Below, piece by piece: positions 1 through 8,951 of a stretch of DNA of 64,000 nt (position 1 is the first letter of the stretch; every line of letters starts with the position of its first letter). A program made the position numbers and the translations under genes. The notes under the pieces were generated by a model that saw nothing but the letters and a program-made list of their open reading frames with translations, was not told the DNA's origin and ran no database searches. The DNA is from an uncultured Sphingomonadaceae bacterium (lineage in GTDB: Bacteria; Pseudomonadota; Alphaproteobacteria; Sphingomonadales; Sphingomonadaceae), in the NCBI GenBank assembly GCA_947495985.1, contig CANMBD010000002.1:544975-608974 (forward strand), read 5' to 3'.

Positions 1-213
1 ATTGCCATTAGCATAGGGCGGGCCGTCGTGGAAAATGAACTTTTCCCGTCCCTCACGCGCTTTACGCAGCTTCTCATAAAGCTCAATATTCTGCCAGCGC
101 TCCAGAATCGCCGGTTCCTTATTCGCAAGGCCGGCTTTCATCGGGAAATCGGTTTTCGGCAGGAAAACCGTGTCTTTGTAATCGCGCTCTTTGGCGGGTG
201 TATTCTCGGTCAT
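1..213 (-). CDS. ileS: isoleucine--tRNA ligase, N-terminal fragment (continues beyond window start)
   Basis: Minus-strand ATG at 211-213. Translation is [41 protein letters not shown]...[17 protein letters not shown], the IleS N-terminus just before the HIGH motif. ribF lies nearby. Confidence 0.85.
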   Translation of the reverse strand, partial: MTENTPAKERDYKDTVFLPKTDFPMKAGLANKEPAILERWQNIELYEKLRKAREGREKFIFHDGPPYANGN

Positions 214-286
214 GATTGGCGGGGATTAGGCGAGGCAGCGCGCGGGCGCAAGCGGGATTTCACGGCCGCCTTATCGCCCCTGTCCG

Positions 287-1270
287 CTACCGAACAAGAG
301 CCGGCCCGACCTTCCTGATATCCTCGACCATGACATAGCCGTTGAAGTTTGCCGGAATGTCCGTCAGCTGATCCCCATAGGTGAGGCCGCGGCTCGCTTC
401 GCCGCTTTCCATCGGGCCGATAATCAGGATGCGCGCGCCAACTGCTTCCATCCGGGCAATGGTACGGTTCGGCCATCCGGCAAAGGCCCATTGATAGTTG
501 AGCGGTACGACAAGCGTCCCGTCCTTGCAGCTGTCCGGCATGATGCCAAGCCAGCCCATCCACGCATAGTCCGTGGTGCAGGTTTTTGCGTCGGCATTTG
601 ACCAGGCCCATATCCCGGGGATCAGTTCTTTTATACGTTTCACCGGGGCCTCGGCTCCATAAAAACCATCGCCTTCTTTCAGGGCGTTTCGGCCGGCGCT
701 TTTCAGGATCGCATGCAGTTGGTTTGCTTCATCGGGATCATTGCTTTTGAAATTGAACAGAAAAGGTTTGAATGCCGCGGCAGCCAGCACTTCTTCGACA
801 GTCGGGATTTCGCCGACCCCCTTCCCGCGCAACGGGAATGTCTTCCCGCCATCGGAAGAATAGCCATAACCGACGTCCAGCGATTGCAGTTCCGCCAGCG
901 TGAGGTCTCTTACATTGCCTTTGCCGTCCGTGCGGCAATCGACGGTCCAATCGTGGAACAGCACCATCTTTCCATCTCTGGTAGGGGCGACATCCACTTC
1001 GATCATGTCCGCCTCCATGCCAATCGCTGCATGGATCGAGCGAATGCTATTCTCGAAAATTCCCAGATCTTCCTGTCCCGGAAGCATGCGAATAGCCGTG
1101 CAATCATCCCGGCCGATCCATGCTGGATCATAGAGATGATGGACCCCGCGATGAGCAATCATCTTCAATCGCCCTTCGGGATCGGGTGCCCATATGGAAC
1201 TGTTAAGCAAAAGAACGATGAGGAACAGCATCCAGAGGCTGCCAAGCCCCCATAGCAGCTTGCTCTTCAT
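287..1270 (-). CDS. glycerophosphodiester phosphodiesterase family protein (N-terminal membrane anchor or signal)
   Basis: ORF of 327 aa. GDPD-like motifs are IAHRGV, ENSIRS, EADMIEVDV and MVLFHDWTVDCRTDG. The N-terminus is hydrophobic. Confidence 0.75.
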   Translation of the reverse strand: MKSKLLWGLGSLWMLFLIVLLLNSSIWAPDPEGRLKMIAHRGVHHLYDPAWIGRDDCTAIRMLPGQEDLGIFENSIRSIHAAIGMEADMIEVDVAPTRDGKMVLFHDWTVDCRTDGKGNVRDLTLAELQSLDVGYGYSSDGGKTFPLRGKGVGEIPTVEEVLAAAAFKPFLFNFKSNDPDEANQLHAILKSAGRNALKEGDGFYGAEAPVKRIKELIPGIWAWSNADAKTCTTDYAWMGWLGIMPDSCKDGTLVVPLNYQWAFAGWPNRTIARMEAVGARILIIGPMESGEASRGLTYGDQLTDIPANFNGYVMVEDIRKVGPALVR

Positions 1271-2187
1271 CCAAACATGTCCCGGGCCTTGGCGCAGTCC
1301 TTTTTCATCTGCGCCATCAGGCCATCAAGGTCATCGAATTTCTTCTCCCCGCGAAGGAAATGATGAAGTTCGACCTCAACCACCTGCCCGTAAAGATCTT
1401 CGGAAAAGTCAAAAAAATACGGCTCAAGCAACTCTTTCGGCGGATCGAAAGTGGGGCGTATGCCAAGGTTGGCGGCTCCATTGACGATACGGCCATCGGG
1501 TAAGCGGCCTTTAACGGCATAAATCCCATATTTGGGGCGCAAATAGTGATCGATGTCGATATTGGCGGTGGGATATCCGAGCTTACGGCCATTTTTATCG
1601 CCGTGAATAACCGTTCCTTCAATGGCAAAGGGCCGCGTCAGGAGCTTGGTTGCGGTTTCACAGTCTCCAGCTTTCAGCGCGTCACGGATACGGCTGGAGG
1701 AGATGACCTCATCGCTGTCGCTCACGGGTCCGACGGATTTGGTAGCAAGGCCCAAAGGCTCGCCGAGTTGCTTCATCACCTCGATGTTGCCAGCCCGTCC
1801 CTTGCCAAAGGTGAAGTCCTCACCGGTGACAATGCCTACCGCACCAAAACGCTCGACCAGTAATTTTTCGACAAAATCCTCAGCCGTGGTGCCCGCGAGC
1901 TCTGCGCCAAATTCAAAGACCAGCATTGCGTCGGCGCCAGCAGCAGTGAATAGCCGCTCCCGCTGATTCAGCGTCGTCAGGCGAAAGGGCGGGGCATCGG
2001 GTTGGAAATGACGAACGGGATGCGGATCAAAGGTTGCGATAATCGCTTGCCGACCTTCTTCTTTGGCCCAGTCTATGGCTGTTTGCGCAACGGCCTGATG
2101 ACCTTTGTGAAAACCATCAAAATTGCCCAGCGCGATGATCGCGCCGCGCATATTTTCCGCTATTCTGTTTTGCCCACTTAGCCGCAT
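1267..2187 (-). CDS. ribF: bifunctional riboflavin kinase / FAD synthetase
   Basis: ORF of 306 aa. It has GNFDGFHKGHQ and the C-terminal riboflavin kinase motif GYPTANI...GIYAV...GAANLGIRPTF. It overlaps the next gene by 4 nt. Confidence 0.92.
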   Translation of the reverse strand: MRLSGQNRIAENMRGAIIALGNFDGFHKGHQAVAQTAIDWAKEEGRQAIIATFDPHPVRHFQPDAPPFRLTTLNQRERLFTAAGADAMLVFEFGAELAGTTAEDFVEKLLVERFGAVGIVTGEDFTFGKGRAGNIEVMKQLGEPLGLATKSVGPVSDSDEVISSSRIRDALKAGDCETATKLLTRPFAIEGTVIHGDKNGRKLGYPTANIDIDHYLRPKYGIYAVKGRLPDGRIVNGAANLGIRPTFDPPKELLEPYFFDFSEDLYGQVVEVELHHFLRGEKKFDDLDGLMAQMKKDCAKARDMFG

Positions 2188-2195
2188 GATTTGCG

Positions 2196-3410
2196 CTATT
2201 GGCCAGTTTCAGCGGTTTGTTCAACCGCTTGTTTGGGTAAATCTTTTAAAGGGATAAGACCCTGCTGCAGTACCCGCATGGCATTGCCTCCCATCACTGC
2301 GCGAATTTCGCCCTCAGTGAAACCCGCCTGCATCAGGGCTTGAGTGATATGGACTATCCCGCTGGTATCGAAACGGGTCGTTACCGCGCCGTCGAAATCG
2401 CTGCCCAAGGCGGCATGTTCGATGCCGACCAGATCGCGGACATGCTTGACTGCTCTAGCAACGCTTTTGGGGTCCGTGTCACACATCGCGCCGTCCCAAT
2501 AGCCCAGTCCGATTATACCGCCTGTGGCTGCCACGCCCTTGATCTCCTCATCGGTCAGATTGCGGTTCACTCCGCAGACCGCCTGCACACCGCCGTGGCT
2601 TGAGACAACTGGGCGCCGCGCCATTTTCAGGATGTCGGCTACCGCTTCATGGCTTGAATGGGCAATATCCACGATCATGCCTTTGTCTTCCATATCCCGG
2701 ACAATCTGGCGGCCAAATTCAGTGAGCCCGCCTTTTTCTTCACCATGCATGGATCCGGCGAGCTTATTGTCGAAAAAATGGACGAGCCCGGCCATGCGCA
2801 TGCCCGCGTCGTAAAGCTTGTCGAGATTTTCTCGCTTCCCCTCCAGTGTTTGCAGCCCTTCGGCAGAGAACATGACGCCAACCGGTTTGTCGTCACCACC
2901 GCGCACCGCGTCCAACCCTTGCACATGGCCGGGTTCGCTTATTGCAACCATCGCACCATCAGAAGCGGAGATGGCGCGGTCCAATTTTGTCGCGTGCCAC
3001 AACTGGCGTTCCAGCAGGGAAGACCAAGTGCGGATGGGTTGAAGCTGCGCAACAGTGAGCATAGTGATATTGTCGCTGTCGGCGCTGTTGCTGTCATAAT
3101 TCTGGTTTTTCGGCGTTTTGGTGACGCTGGAAAATATTTGCAGACCGACATTGCCATCTTGCATGCGTTTCAAATCGACATGGCCATAATCGACAGCATC
3201 ATTGATTTTGCGCTTCCACAATAGTGTATCGCTGTGCAGATCGACAATCATCAGGCTGTCATGCAGCTTTTGGGCCTCTGCCGTGATTTCTGGCAGCGGT
3301 TTGCCGTCGACCATATTGGTCTGCTTTTCAAATATGCTGGGCGCGAAAATGAAAAAGGCCGCAATGCAGGCAAGAAGAACGACCAATAGTCCGATGAAAA
3401 ACTTCTTCAT
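2196..3410 (-). CDS. membrane dipeptidase (peptidase M19 family)
   Basis: ORF of 404 aa with an N-terminal TM helix. Motifs are VDLHSDTLLW, FSAEGLQ, MIVDIAHSS, VVSSHGG and GSDFDG. Confidence 0.82.
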   Translation of the reverse strand: MKKFFIGLLVVLLACIAAFFIFAPSIFEKQTNMVDGKPLPEITAEAQKLHDSLMIVDLHSDTLLWKRKINDAVDYGHVDLKRMQDGNVGLQIFSSVTKTPKNQNYDSNSADSDNITMLTVAQLQPIRTWSSLLERQLWHATKLDRAISASDGAMVAISEPGHVQGLDAVRGGDDKPVGVMFSAEGLQTLEGKRENLDKLYDAGMRMAGLVHFFDNKLAGSMHGEEKGGLTEFGRQIVRDMEDKGMIVDIAHSSHEAVADILKMARRPVVSSHGGVQAVCGVNRNLTDEEIKGVAATGGIIGLGYWDGAMCDTDPKSVARAVKHVRDLVGIEHAALGSDFDGAVTTRFDTSGIVHITQALMQAGFTEGEIRAVMGGNAMRVLQQGLIPLKDLPKQAVEQTAETGQ

Positions 3411-3901
3411 ACATCTTTCCGTTTCAGTGTGACGAAGGAAAAACCGGGCTGGCCATTTTCCGCATCATGATCTTCCCGTTCGCTTTCCTGCCAGATGGCC
3501 GGATCAAACCGCTCCATGGCCGTGTCGCCCTCGGCATCAATATGCACTTCGGTAAGTGCAATCCGGTCGGCTTTCGGCAAGAATAACCGATAAATTTCAG
3601 CCCCGCCGATAATCGCGATTTGCGGGGCATTGGCCATTTTCAGAGCTTCTTCAATATTGCCCGCGACCTCGGCCCCGTCTGCCTCCCAATCCGCATCGCG
3701 GGTCAAAACTATGTGCCGCCGCCCCGGCAACAGACCGGGCAAGCTGTCAAAAGTCTTGCGTCCCATGATCATCGGTTTGCCCATAGTCATGGATTTGAAT
3801 CGACGTTGGTCGGTGGGTAGGCGCCAGGGAATAGTGTCTTTGTCACCAATGACACCATTATCGGCACGAGCGAGAAACAAAATTATTTCGGGATGGTTCA
3901 T
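3407..3901 (-). CDS. folA: dihydrofolate reductase
   Basis: ORF of 164 aa. Motifs are NGVIGDKDTIPWRLPTDQRRFKSMTMGKPMIMGRKTFDSLP and IAIIGGAEIY. Confidence 0.9.
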   Translation of the reverse strand: MNHPEIILFLARADNGVIGDKDTIPWRLPTDQRRFKSMTMGKPMIMGRKTFDSLPGLLPGRRHIVLTRDADWEADGAEVAGNIEEALKMANAPQIAIIGGAEIYRLFLPKADRIALTEVHIDAEGDTAMERFDPAIWQESEREDHDAENGQPGFSFVTLKRKDV

Positions 3902-3936
3902 GACATGCGCCTACCCCAGATTAAATCATGTGCAAA

Positions 3937-5007
3937 TCAGAAAAATAATTTGGTGACATGGCCCATTTTCCGGCCCGGCCGGCTTTCGGTTTTGCCATAT
4001 AGATGGAGATGCTTTGCAGGGTCCGATAACAGATCCTGCCATTCATCGGCTACGCCTCCGATAAGGTTCGTCATCTCGACCTTTTTCGCAGCGAGGCCGG
4101 TATCACCCAGCGGTAATCCGGTTATTGCGCGGATATGATTTTCAAACTGGCTGGTGATCGCGCCTTCTATTGTCCAGTGGCCGCTATTATGGACACGCGG
4201 GGCCATTTCGTTGAACACCGGCCCATCGGCAGTGGCAAAAAACTCGCAAGTCAGCACGCCGACATAGCCCATCGCTTCCGCCATTTTTGCTGCCAGTGCG
4301 CGGGCAGCTTTCTCTTGCTCGATTATCTGACCGGGTGCGGGCACCAGGGATTGTGCCAATATACCGTCTTCATGGACATTATGCGGCGTATCCCAGTAGC
4401 GGACGGCGCCATCCTGTCCGCGCACCAATATGACCGAAAACTCGTGTGTGAACTCTACAAAGCCTTCAGCCACGCAAGGTTGATGACCGACAGCATCCCA
4501 ATGAACGGCCAAATCGTCCCCTGGCTTAATTCTGCTTTGCCCCTTGCCGTCATAGCCCATGCGGATGGTCTTCAAAATAGCGGGCGCGCCAACGTGATCG
4601 ATCGCCTTGTCCAGTGATGCCGGATCCGTGACTTCGGCAAAGGGGGCTGTTGTGCCGCCATGGACGCGGGCGAAATTTTTCTCGGCAATCCGGTTTTGTG
4701 CAATGTCCAGCGCTCCAACCGGCGGGTGAAGCGGGGCGCGGCCGGCGGTGGCATTGAGTGATGCGACGGGAACATTTTCAAATTCGAAGGTGATGACGTC
4801 GCAGCCATCGGCAAACTTGCCCAGTGCCGCGATATCATCATCCTGTGCACAGGTGAATTCTGCAGCGACATCTGCAGCAACGCTTGCTTTGTCGGGCGCG
4901 TAGATATGACAGCGATAGCCAAGTTGTGCCGCAGCGACCGCCAGCATACGGCCCAATTGACCGCCGCCCAATATGCCAATGACCGAGCCGGGAGGGAGTG
5001 GAGTCAT
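3937..5007 (-). CDS. purK: 5-(carboxyamino)imidazole ribonucleotide synthase
   Basis: ORF of 356 aa with ATP-grasp features: IGILGGGQLGRML, ILKT...GYDGKGQ and HNSGHWT. It lies directly downstream of purE. Confidence 0.9.
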   Translation of the reverse strand: MTPLPPGSVIGILGGGQLGRMLAVAAAQLGYRCHIYAPDKASVAADVAAEFTCAQDDDIAALGKFADGCDVITFEFENVPVASLNATAGRAPLHPPVGALDIAQNRIAEKNFARVHGGTTAPFAEVTDPASLDKAIDHVGAPAILKTIRMGYDGKGQSRIKPGDDLAVHWDAVGHQPCVAEGFVEFTHEFSVILVRGQDGAVRYWDTPHNVHEDGILAQSLVPAPGQIIEQEKAARALAAKMAEAMGYVGVLTCEFFATADGPVFNEMAPRVHNSGHWTIEGAITSQFENHIRAITGLPLGDTGLAAKKVEMTNLIGGVADEWQDLLSDPAKHLHLYGKTESRPGRKMGHVTKLFF

Positions 5008-5016
5008 CGCAGCTGA

Positions 5017-5529
5017 CTATTCCGGCTGATCGGCGACGGCAGCGCTTTGATCGGCGCGCCATTTATCCAGACGGAGACCCAGGGCTTCGTCGTCATTTGC
5101 CAGAATCGCAGTGGCCAGCAAGGCGGCATTTTTTGCACCTGCATCGCCAATGGCCAAAGTGCCGACCGGAATACCCGCCGGCATCTGCGCAATGGAAAGC
5201 AGGCTGTCGACACCGTTTAAAGTGCGTGACTGTATAGGCACACCAAGCACCGGTACGCGTGTCATCGCCGCGGCCATGCCCGGCAGATGCGCCGCGCCGC
5301 CAGCGCCGGCGATAATCACCTTCAGCTTCCGCGAGGCCGCCGCTTTGGCATAGTCGTAGAGCCGATCCGGCGTCCGGTGTGCCGAAATAATCCTGACTTC
5401 ATGCGCGACATCCAGCTGTTCCAGAATCTCGGCTGCAAGGCGCATGGTCACCCAGTCAGACTGGCTGCCCATGATGATGCCAATTTGCGGCGTGGTCTGG
5501 TGGCCGGTTTTCGGCGTGGCTTCGGTCAT
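5017..5529 (-). CDS. purE: 5-(carboxyamino)imidazole ribonucleotide mutase
   Basis: Motifs are [33 protein letters not shown] and VLGVP. I placed the start at the internal Met (MTEATPK) rather than the ORF-track start at 5559. Confidence 0.9.
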   Translation of the reverse strand: MTEATPKTGHQTTPQIGIIMGSQSDWVTMRLAAEILEQLDVAHEVRIISAHRTPDRLYDYAKAAASRKLKVIIAGAGGAAHLPGMAAAMTRVPVLGVPIQSRTLNGVDSLLSIAQMPAGIPVGTLAIGDAGAKNAALLATAILANDDEALGLRLDKWRADQSAAVADQPE

Positions 5530-5765
5530 GCTTGCACCTGAATAGTGTCGCGGAAGCAAAATCGTTTAGCCATGAAATGCACCGCGCGCAATGCAGCAAT
5601 GAGTATCCTGGTTATTATGCAAGACCATTTCAGCCTGTAGTTTTACAAAACAGGACTCTAATGGCGGTCGACTATCAATTTTGTTGACTATCCAATATCT
5701 AACAAACTAAAGGCCAAGAAAGAGCAAATATTCGTAAAAAGAATATCGCTACAGGGGGCGGAAGA

Positions 5766-6347
5766 TTGATAGGTGAAGCGACTAATAGCAATCAAGGTGA
5801 ACAAAAATGCACCCATTGTACTGCTCTTCAATCAGAAAATATGCGATTGAGAGAAGAGCTTGTTAAAATGGAAATGCGCGCAAATCATGATGCTCTGACG
5901 GGACTGCCGAATCGCCGTTTTTTCATTGAGAGTCTGGAAAAACGTATCATGCGGTGTCAACGTTATGGAGATAATACGGCTCTGCTCTTTCTTGATGTCG
6001 ATGATTTAAAGGCAGTCAATGATGCCCATGGGCATGGGGCAGGTGACGCATTGTTGATCTGTTTGGCCAAAATATTGAAGGGCAATATCCGTGTTTGCGA
6101 TATGGTCGCGCGGATCGGCGGGGACGAATTTGCGCTGCTTCTCGACAATCTTGATGCCGACCGGGTGGAGAAAAAGATTCTCTCCCTGATCGATCTTATC
6201 CAATCGGCTGAACTGAAGTATGATGGCCAGGTTCTGAAACTTGGCGCTGCCATCGGCTACAGCTTTGTCGGACCTGCAGATACGGTATCTACCCTGATGT
6301 CCCGCGCTGATGAAGCCATGTATCGGTCAAAAAGGGATGACGGTTAA
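5766..6347 (+). CDS. stand-alone diguanylate cyclase (GGDEF domain, I-site present)
   Basis: Motifs are DALTGLPNRR, the RIGGDEF active site, and RVCD (RxxD) five residues upstream of it. There is only a short N-terminal coiled segment. The start is uncertain: TTG at 5766 or ATG at 5841. Confidence 0.8.
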   Translation: MIGEATNSNQGEQKCTHCTALQSENMRLREELVKMEMRANHDALTGLPNRRFFIESLEKRIMRCQRYGDNTALLFLDVDDLKAVNDAHGHGAGDALLICLAKILKGNIRVCDMVARIGGDEFALLLDNLDADRVEKKILSLIDLIQSAELKYDGQVLKLGAAIGYSFVGPADTVSTLMSRADEAMYRSKRDDG

Positions 6348-6373
6348 AAAAGGGACGCCAGTCGCCACCGCGT

Positions 6374-7060
6374 TTATCTTTCCGACAGGTAATAACGTTC
6401 TTTTTCTTTCAGATTATCGTCCAGATCATAGATAATCGGCTGCCCGGTCGGAATTTCCAGACCGGTAATTTCATCGTCCGAAATGCCCGACAGATGTTTG
6501 ACCAGCGCACGCAGGCTATTGCCATGAGCAGAGATCAGAACGCGCTTTCCTGACTGCAATTCCGGCGCAATCCGTGTTTTCCAATAGGGCAGAACGCGGG
6601 CGATAGTGTCTTTCAGACTCTCGGTCGCAGGCACTTCAATGCCGGCATAGCGCGGGTCGGAGGACATCTGGTATTCGCTGTCGGCCGCCATTGGCGGCGG
6701 CGGTGTATCAAAGCTGCGGCGCCAGATATGCACCTGCTCATCACCATGTTTGTCGCGGGTTTCCTGTTTGTTGAGACCGGTCAACCCGCCATAATGCCTC
6801 TCGTTCAGCCGGTAGTTTTTCTCGACTGGCAGCCATAGACGGTCCATTTCTTCCAGTGCCAGATTGAGCGTCTTGATCGCACGGCTTTGCAAGCTGGTAA
6901 AACACAAGTCTGATTCAATGCCCTTTTTTTTCATCAGGCAGCCTGCCGCTCTGGCTTCTTCAATCCCTTTTTCGGTAACATCGACATCCCACCAGCCGGT
7001 GAAGCGATTTTCCAGGTTCCATTGCGACTGGCCGTGACGAAGAAGAATGAGTTGAGGCAT
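6374..7060 (-). CDS. gpmA: 2,3-bisphosphoglycerate-dependent phosphoglycerate mutase
   Basis: The N-terminus MPQLILLRHGQSQWNLENRFTGWWDV carries the RHG motif, and SAHGNSLRAL is also present. The start is set at the internal Met at 7060. Confidence 0.92.
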   Translation of the reverse strand: MPQLILLRHGQSQWNLENRFTGWWDVDVTEKGIEEARAAGCLMKKKGIESDLCFTSLQSRAIKTLNLALEEMDRLWLPVEKNYRLNERHYGGLTGLNKQETRDKHGDEQVHIWRRSFDTPPPPMAADSEYQMSSDPRYAGIEVPATESLKDTIARVLPYWKTRIAPELQSGKRVLISAHGNSLRALVKHLSGISDDEITGLEIPTGQPIIYDLDDNLKEKERYYLSER

Positions 7061-7140
7061 GGGATGTCCTTGTTTTACTGTTGGGGCATCTGTAGCGGCG
7101 AAGGCATAGCCCGCCAAGCAGGATATTCACTAATATGCGA

Positions 7141-8112
7141 TTACAAAATCCGGCTGAGCGTATAAAAGGCCCCTAGTCCGCCCACCAGATAGACGGCCGG
7201 TATCTCCACCCATTTTCGCCGATCAACAGGCGACCGGCCGATCAGCCATAACGCCGCCAATATGGCGCCGACAAACAGGATCTGTCCGATCTCCACACCC
7301 AGATTGAACAGCAACAATGCCCAGATCTCCTGACCTTTGGGTAGGCCGATATCGGCCAGCGCCCCTGCGAAACCCAGGCCGTGGAGCAAGCCAAAGCCCA
7401 GCGCGATCAACCATGGTCGGCGGATGGTCAGGCTTGTTTTTCCGGCCCATTTGCGGACCACTTCGACGGCGAGGAAGAATATCGACAGCGCGATCAGTAA
7501 CTCCACGGGCTTGCTCGGTAAGCTGAACAGGCCGAGCGCGGTGATCGCCAAGGTTATGCTGTGGCCCAGCGTGAAGGCGGTGATCACCCAAAGCAGTTTG
7601 CGCACCGGGGTGAACAGTAACAGGCCAAGGACGAACAACAAGTGATCCCAGCCGAACAGCATATGCTCTGCACCGATTTGCAGATAAGCGCTAGCAGGGG
7701 ATCCACCGGGATCGCCCAAGGCAAAAGATGCACTGGCCGGGCGCAGAATATGCGTAGTTTCTTGGCCATCCGCTGTGCGCAGGCGGACAAAGACGTCGGT
7801 GAGCGTCCGATCGAGGCCTTCGATCATGACACGACCTTTGTCGAGCTGACATGAAACCTGCCAGCTTTCGACAATTGCGTCACCGGAAATGACTTGACGT
7901 GTCGTCTCTGGCGCCGGGCACTGGTCCGGCAGTACAGGACGCATTTTGAGCTTGCGGCCGGACAGGATTGGCTGTTTCCAGACGACCGCAACAGTGCCGC
8001 CGGACTGCTCGGTCAGTTCGAGAGCGGCAGGCCGGATTTCATGGGCATTGGCTGATATGCCGCAGAGCCAGATGAAGAGAGCCCAAAGAAAACTGAGCCG
8101 TATTGTTGTCAC
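7141..8112 (-). CDS. HupE/UreJ-type membrane protein with an extra N-terminal periplasmic domain (HupE_UreJ_2-like)
   Basis: ORF of 323 aa. The signal peptide ends in ANA|HE. About 120 non-TM residues follow, then GAEHMLFGWDHLLFVLGLLL and several TM helices containing GHS and HGLGFAG. It overlaps the upstream gene by 4 nt. Confidence 0.72.
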   Translation of the reverse strand: MTTIRLSFLWALFIWLCGISANAHEIRPAALELTEQSGGTVAVVWKQPILSGRKLKMRPVLPDQCPAPETTRQVISGDAIVESWQVSCQLDKGRVMIEGLDRTLTDVFVRLRTADGQETTHILRPASASFALGDPGGSPASAYLQIGAEHMLFGWDHLLFVLGLLLFTPVRKLLWVITAFTLGHSITLAITALGLFSLPSKPVELLIALSIFFLAVEVVRKWAGKTSLTIRRPWLIALGFGLLHGLGFAGALADIGLPKGQEIWALLLFNLGVEIGQILFVGAILAALWLIGRSPVDRRKWVEIPAVYLVGGLGAFYTLSRIL

Positions 8113-8936
8113 TCGTCTGCGCCCTCGATTACCACATCATAGCCGCGCACCAGATCTTGTAACGCCACCTGCTTGGCCCTGGCGCTCTGGTCTTCCTGCC
8201 AGGCGGCGGCGACCTCTGCCCTGATCGGTTCAAAATCCGCCTCGGCAGCATCGTCAATCGCTTCAATACGTACCAGATGTAATCCGAAGGCGGAGCCAAC
8301 GGGCGGGCTCCACTGTCCGGATTGCAGCTTGAAGATCGCGCTCGCAAAATCAGGACCGAACAACCGGGTAACTTCGCTTTGTGGTATTGCGGCATAGCTG
8401 CGTTTCTGGATGAACGGATCGCCCAGGCTTTTCCAGTCCGCTCCCGATTGGAGGTTTTGCAAGGTGTTGGCCGCGACCCTTTCAATCGTGCCACCATGTT
8501 TTTCCGGGCTGAGATAGATATGGACAAAACTCCGCCGTTCGGGCGCGGCAAATTTGTCGCGATTTGCATCAAACCACGCCTTTAATTCTGCGTCAGACGG
8601 AGTGGTCGACTTGCTTTCACCGCTGACCAGAAAGTCCATTTTTTGTGCCAGGCGGCGCTTGATGATCGTGTCATCATCGCCAAGGCCAAGCCGCTGGGCC
8701 TCGCGCACCAGCACTTCCTGTTGCACATATTGGTCGATAATCTGTTGCTTATCCTCGCCGGTGGGCAGGCGGCCAGCGGTGTTGGCCCATAGCACGCTCA
8801 ACCGGTCTATCTCGGCGGCGCTGACCGTGATCGTCCGACCTTGCTCACCCTGATAGCGGTTCCAGAAATGATTGATGGCAACCAATGCCAGCCCGATCAG
8901 AACGAAATGCGTGATCGAATCTCGAAATATTTTCAC
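8109..8936 (-). CDS. membrane-anchored parvulin-type peptidyl-prolyl isomerase / chaperone (SurA/PpiD-like)
   Basis: ORF of 275 aa with an N-terminal TM helix (HFVLIGLALVAINHF). It has a SurA-like helical region and a rotamase-like C-terminal part (SFVHIYL...SGQWSPPVGSAFGLHLVRI). Confidence 0.65.
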   Translation of the reverse strand: MKIFRDSITHFVLIGLALVAINHFWNRYQGEQGRTITVSAAEIDRLSVLWANTAGRLPTGEDKQQIIDQYVQQEVLVREAQRLGLGDDDTIIKRRLAQKMDFLVSGESKSTTPSDAELKAWFDANRDKFAAPERRSFVHIYLSPEKHGGTIERVAANTLQNLQSGADWKSLGDPFIQKRSYAAIPQSEVTRLFGPDFASAIFKLQSGQWSPPVGSAFGLHLVRIEAIDDAAEADFEPIRAEVAAAWQEDQSARAKQVALQDLVRGYDVVIEGADE

Positions 8937-8951
8937 AAATTATCCCGTCAA

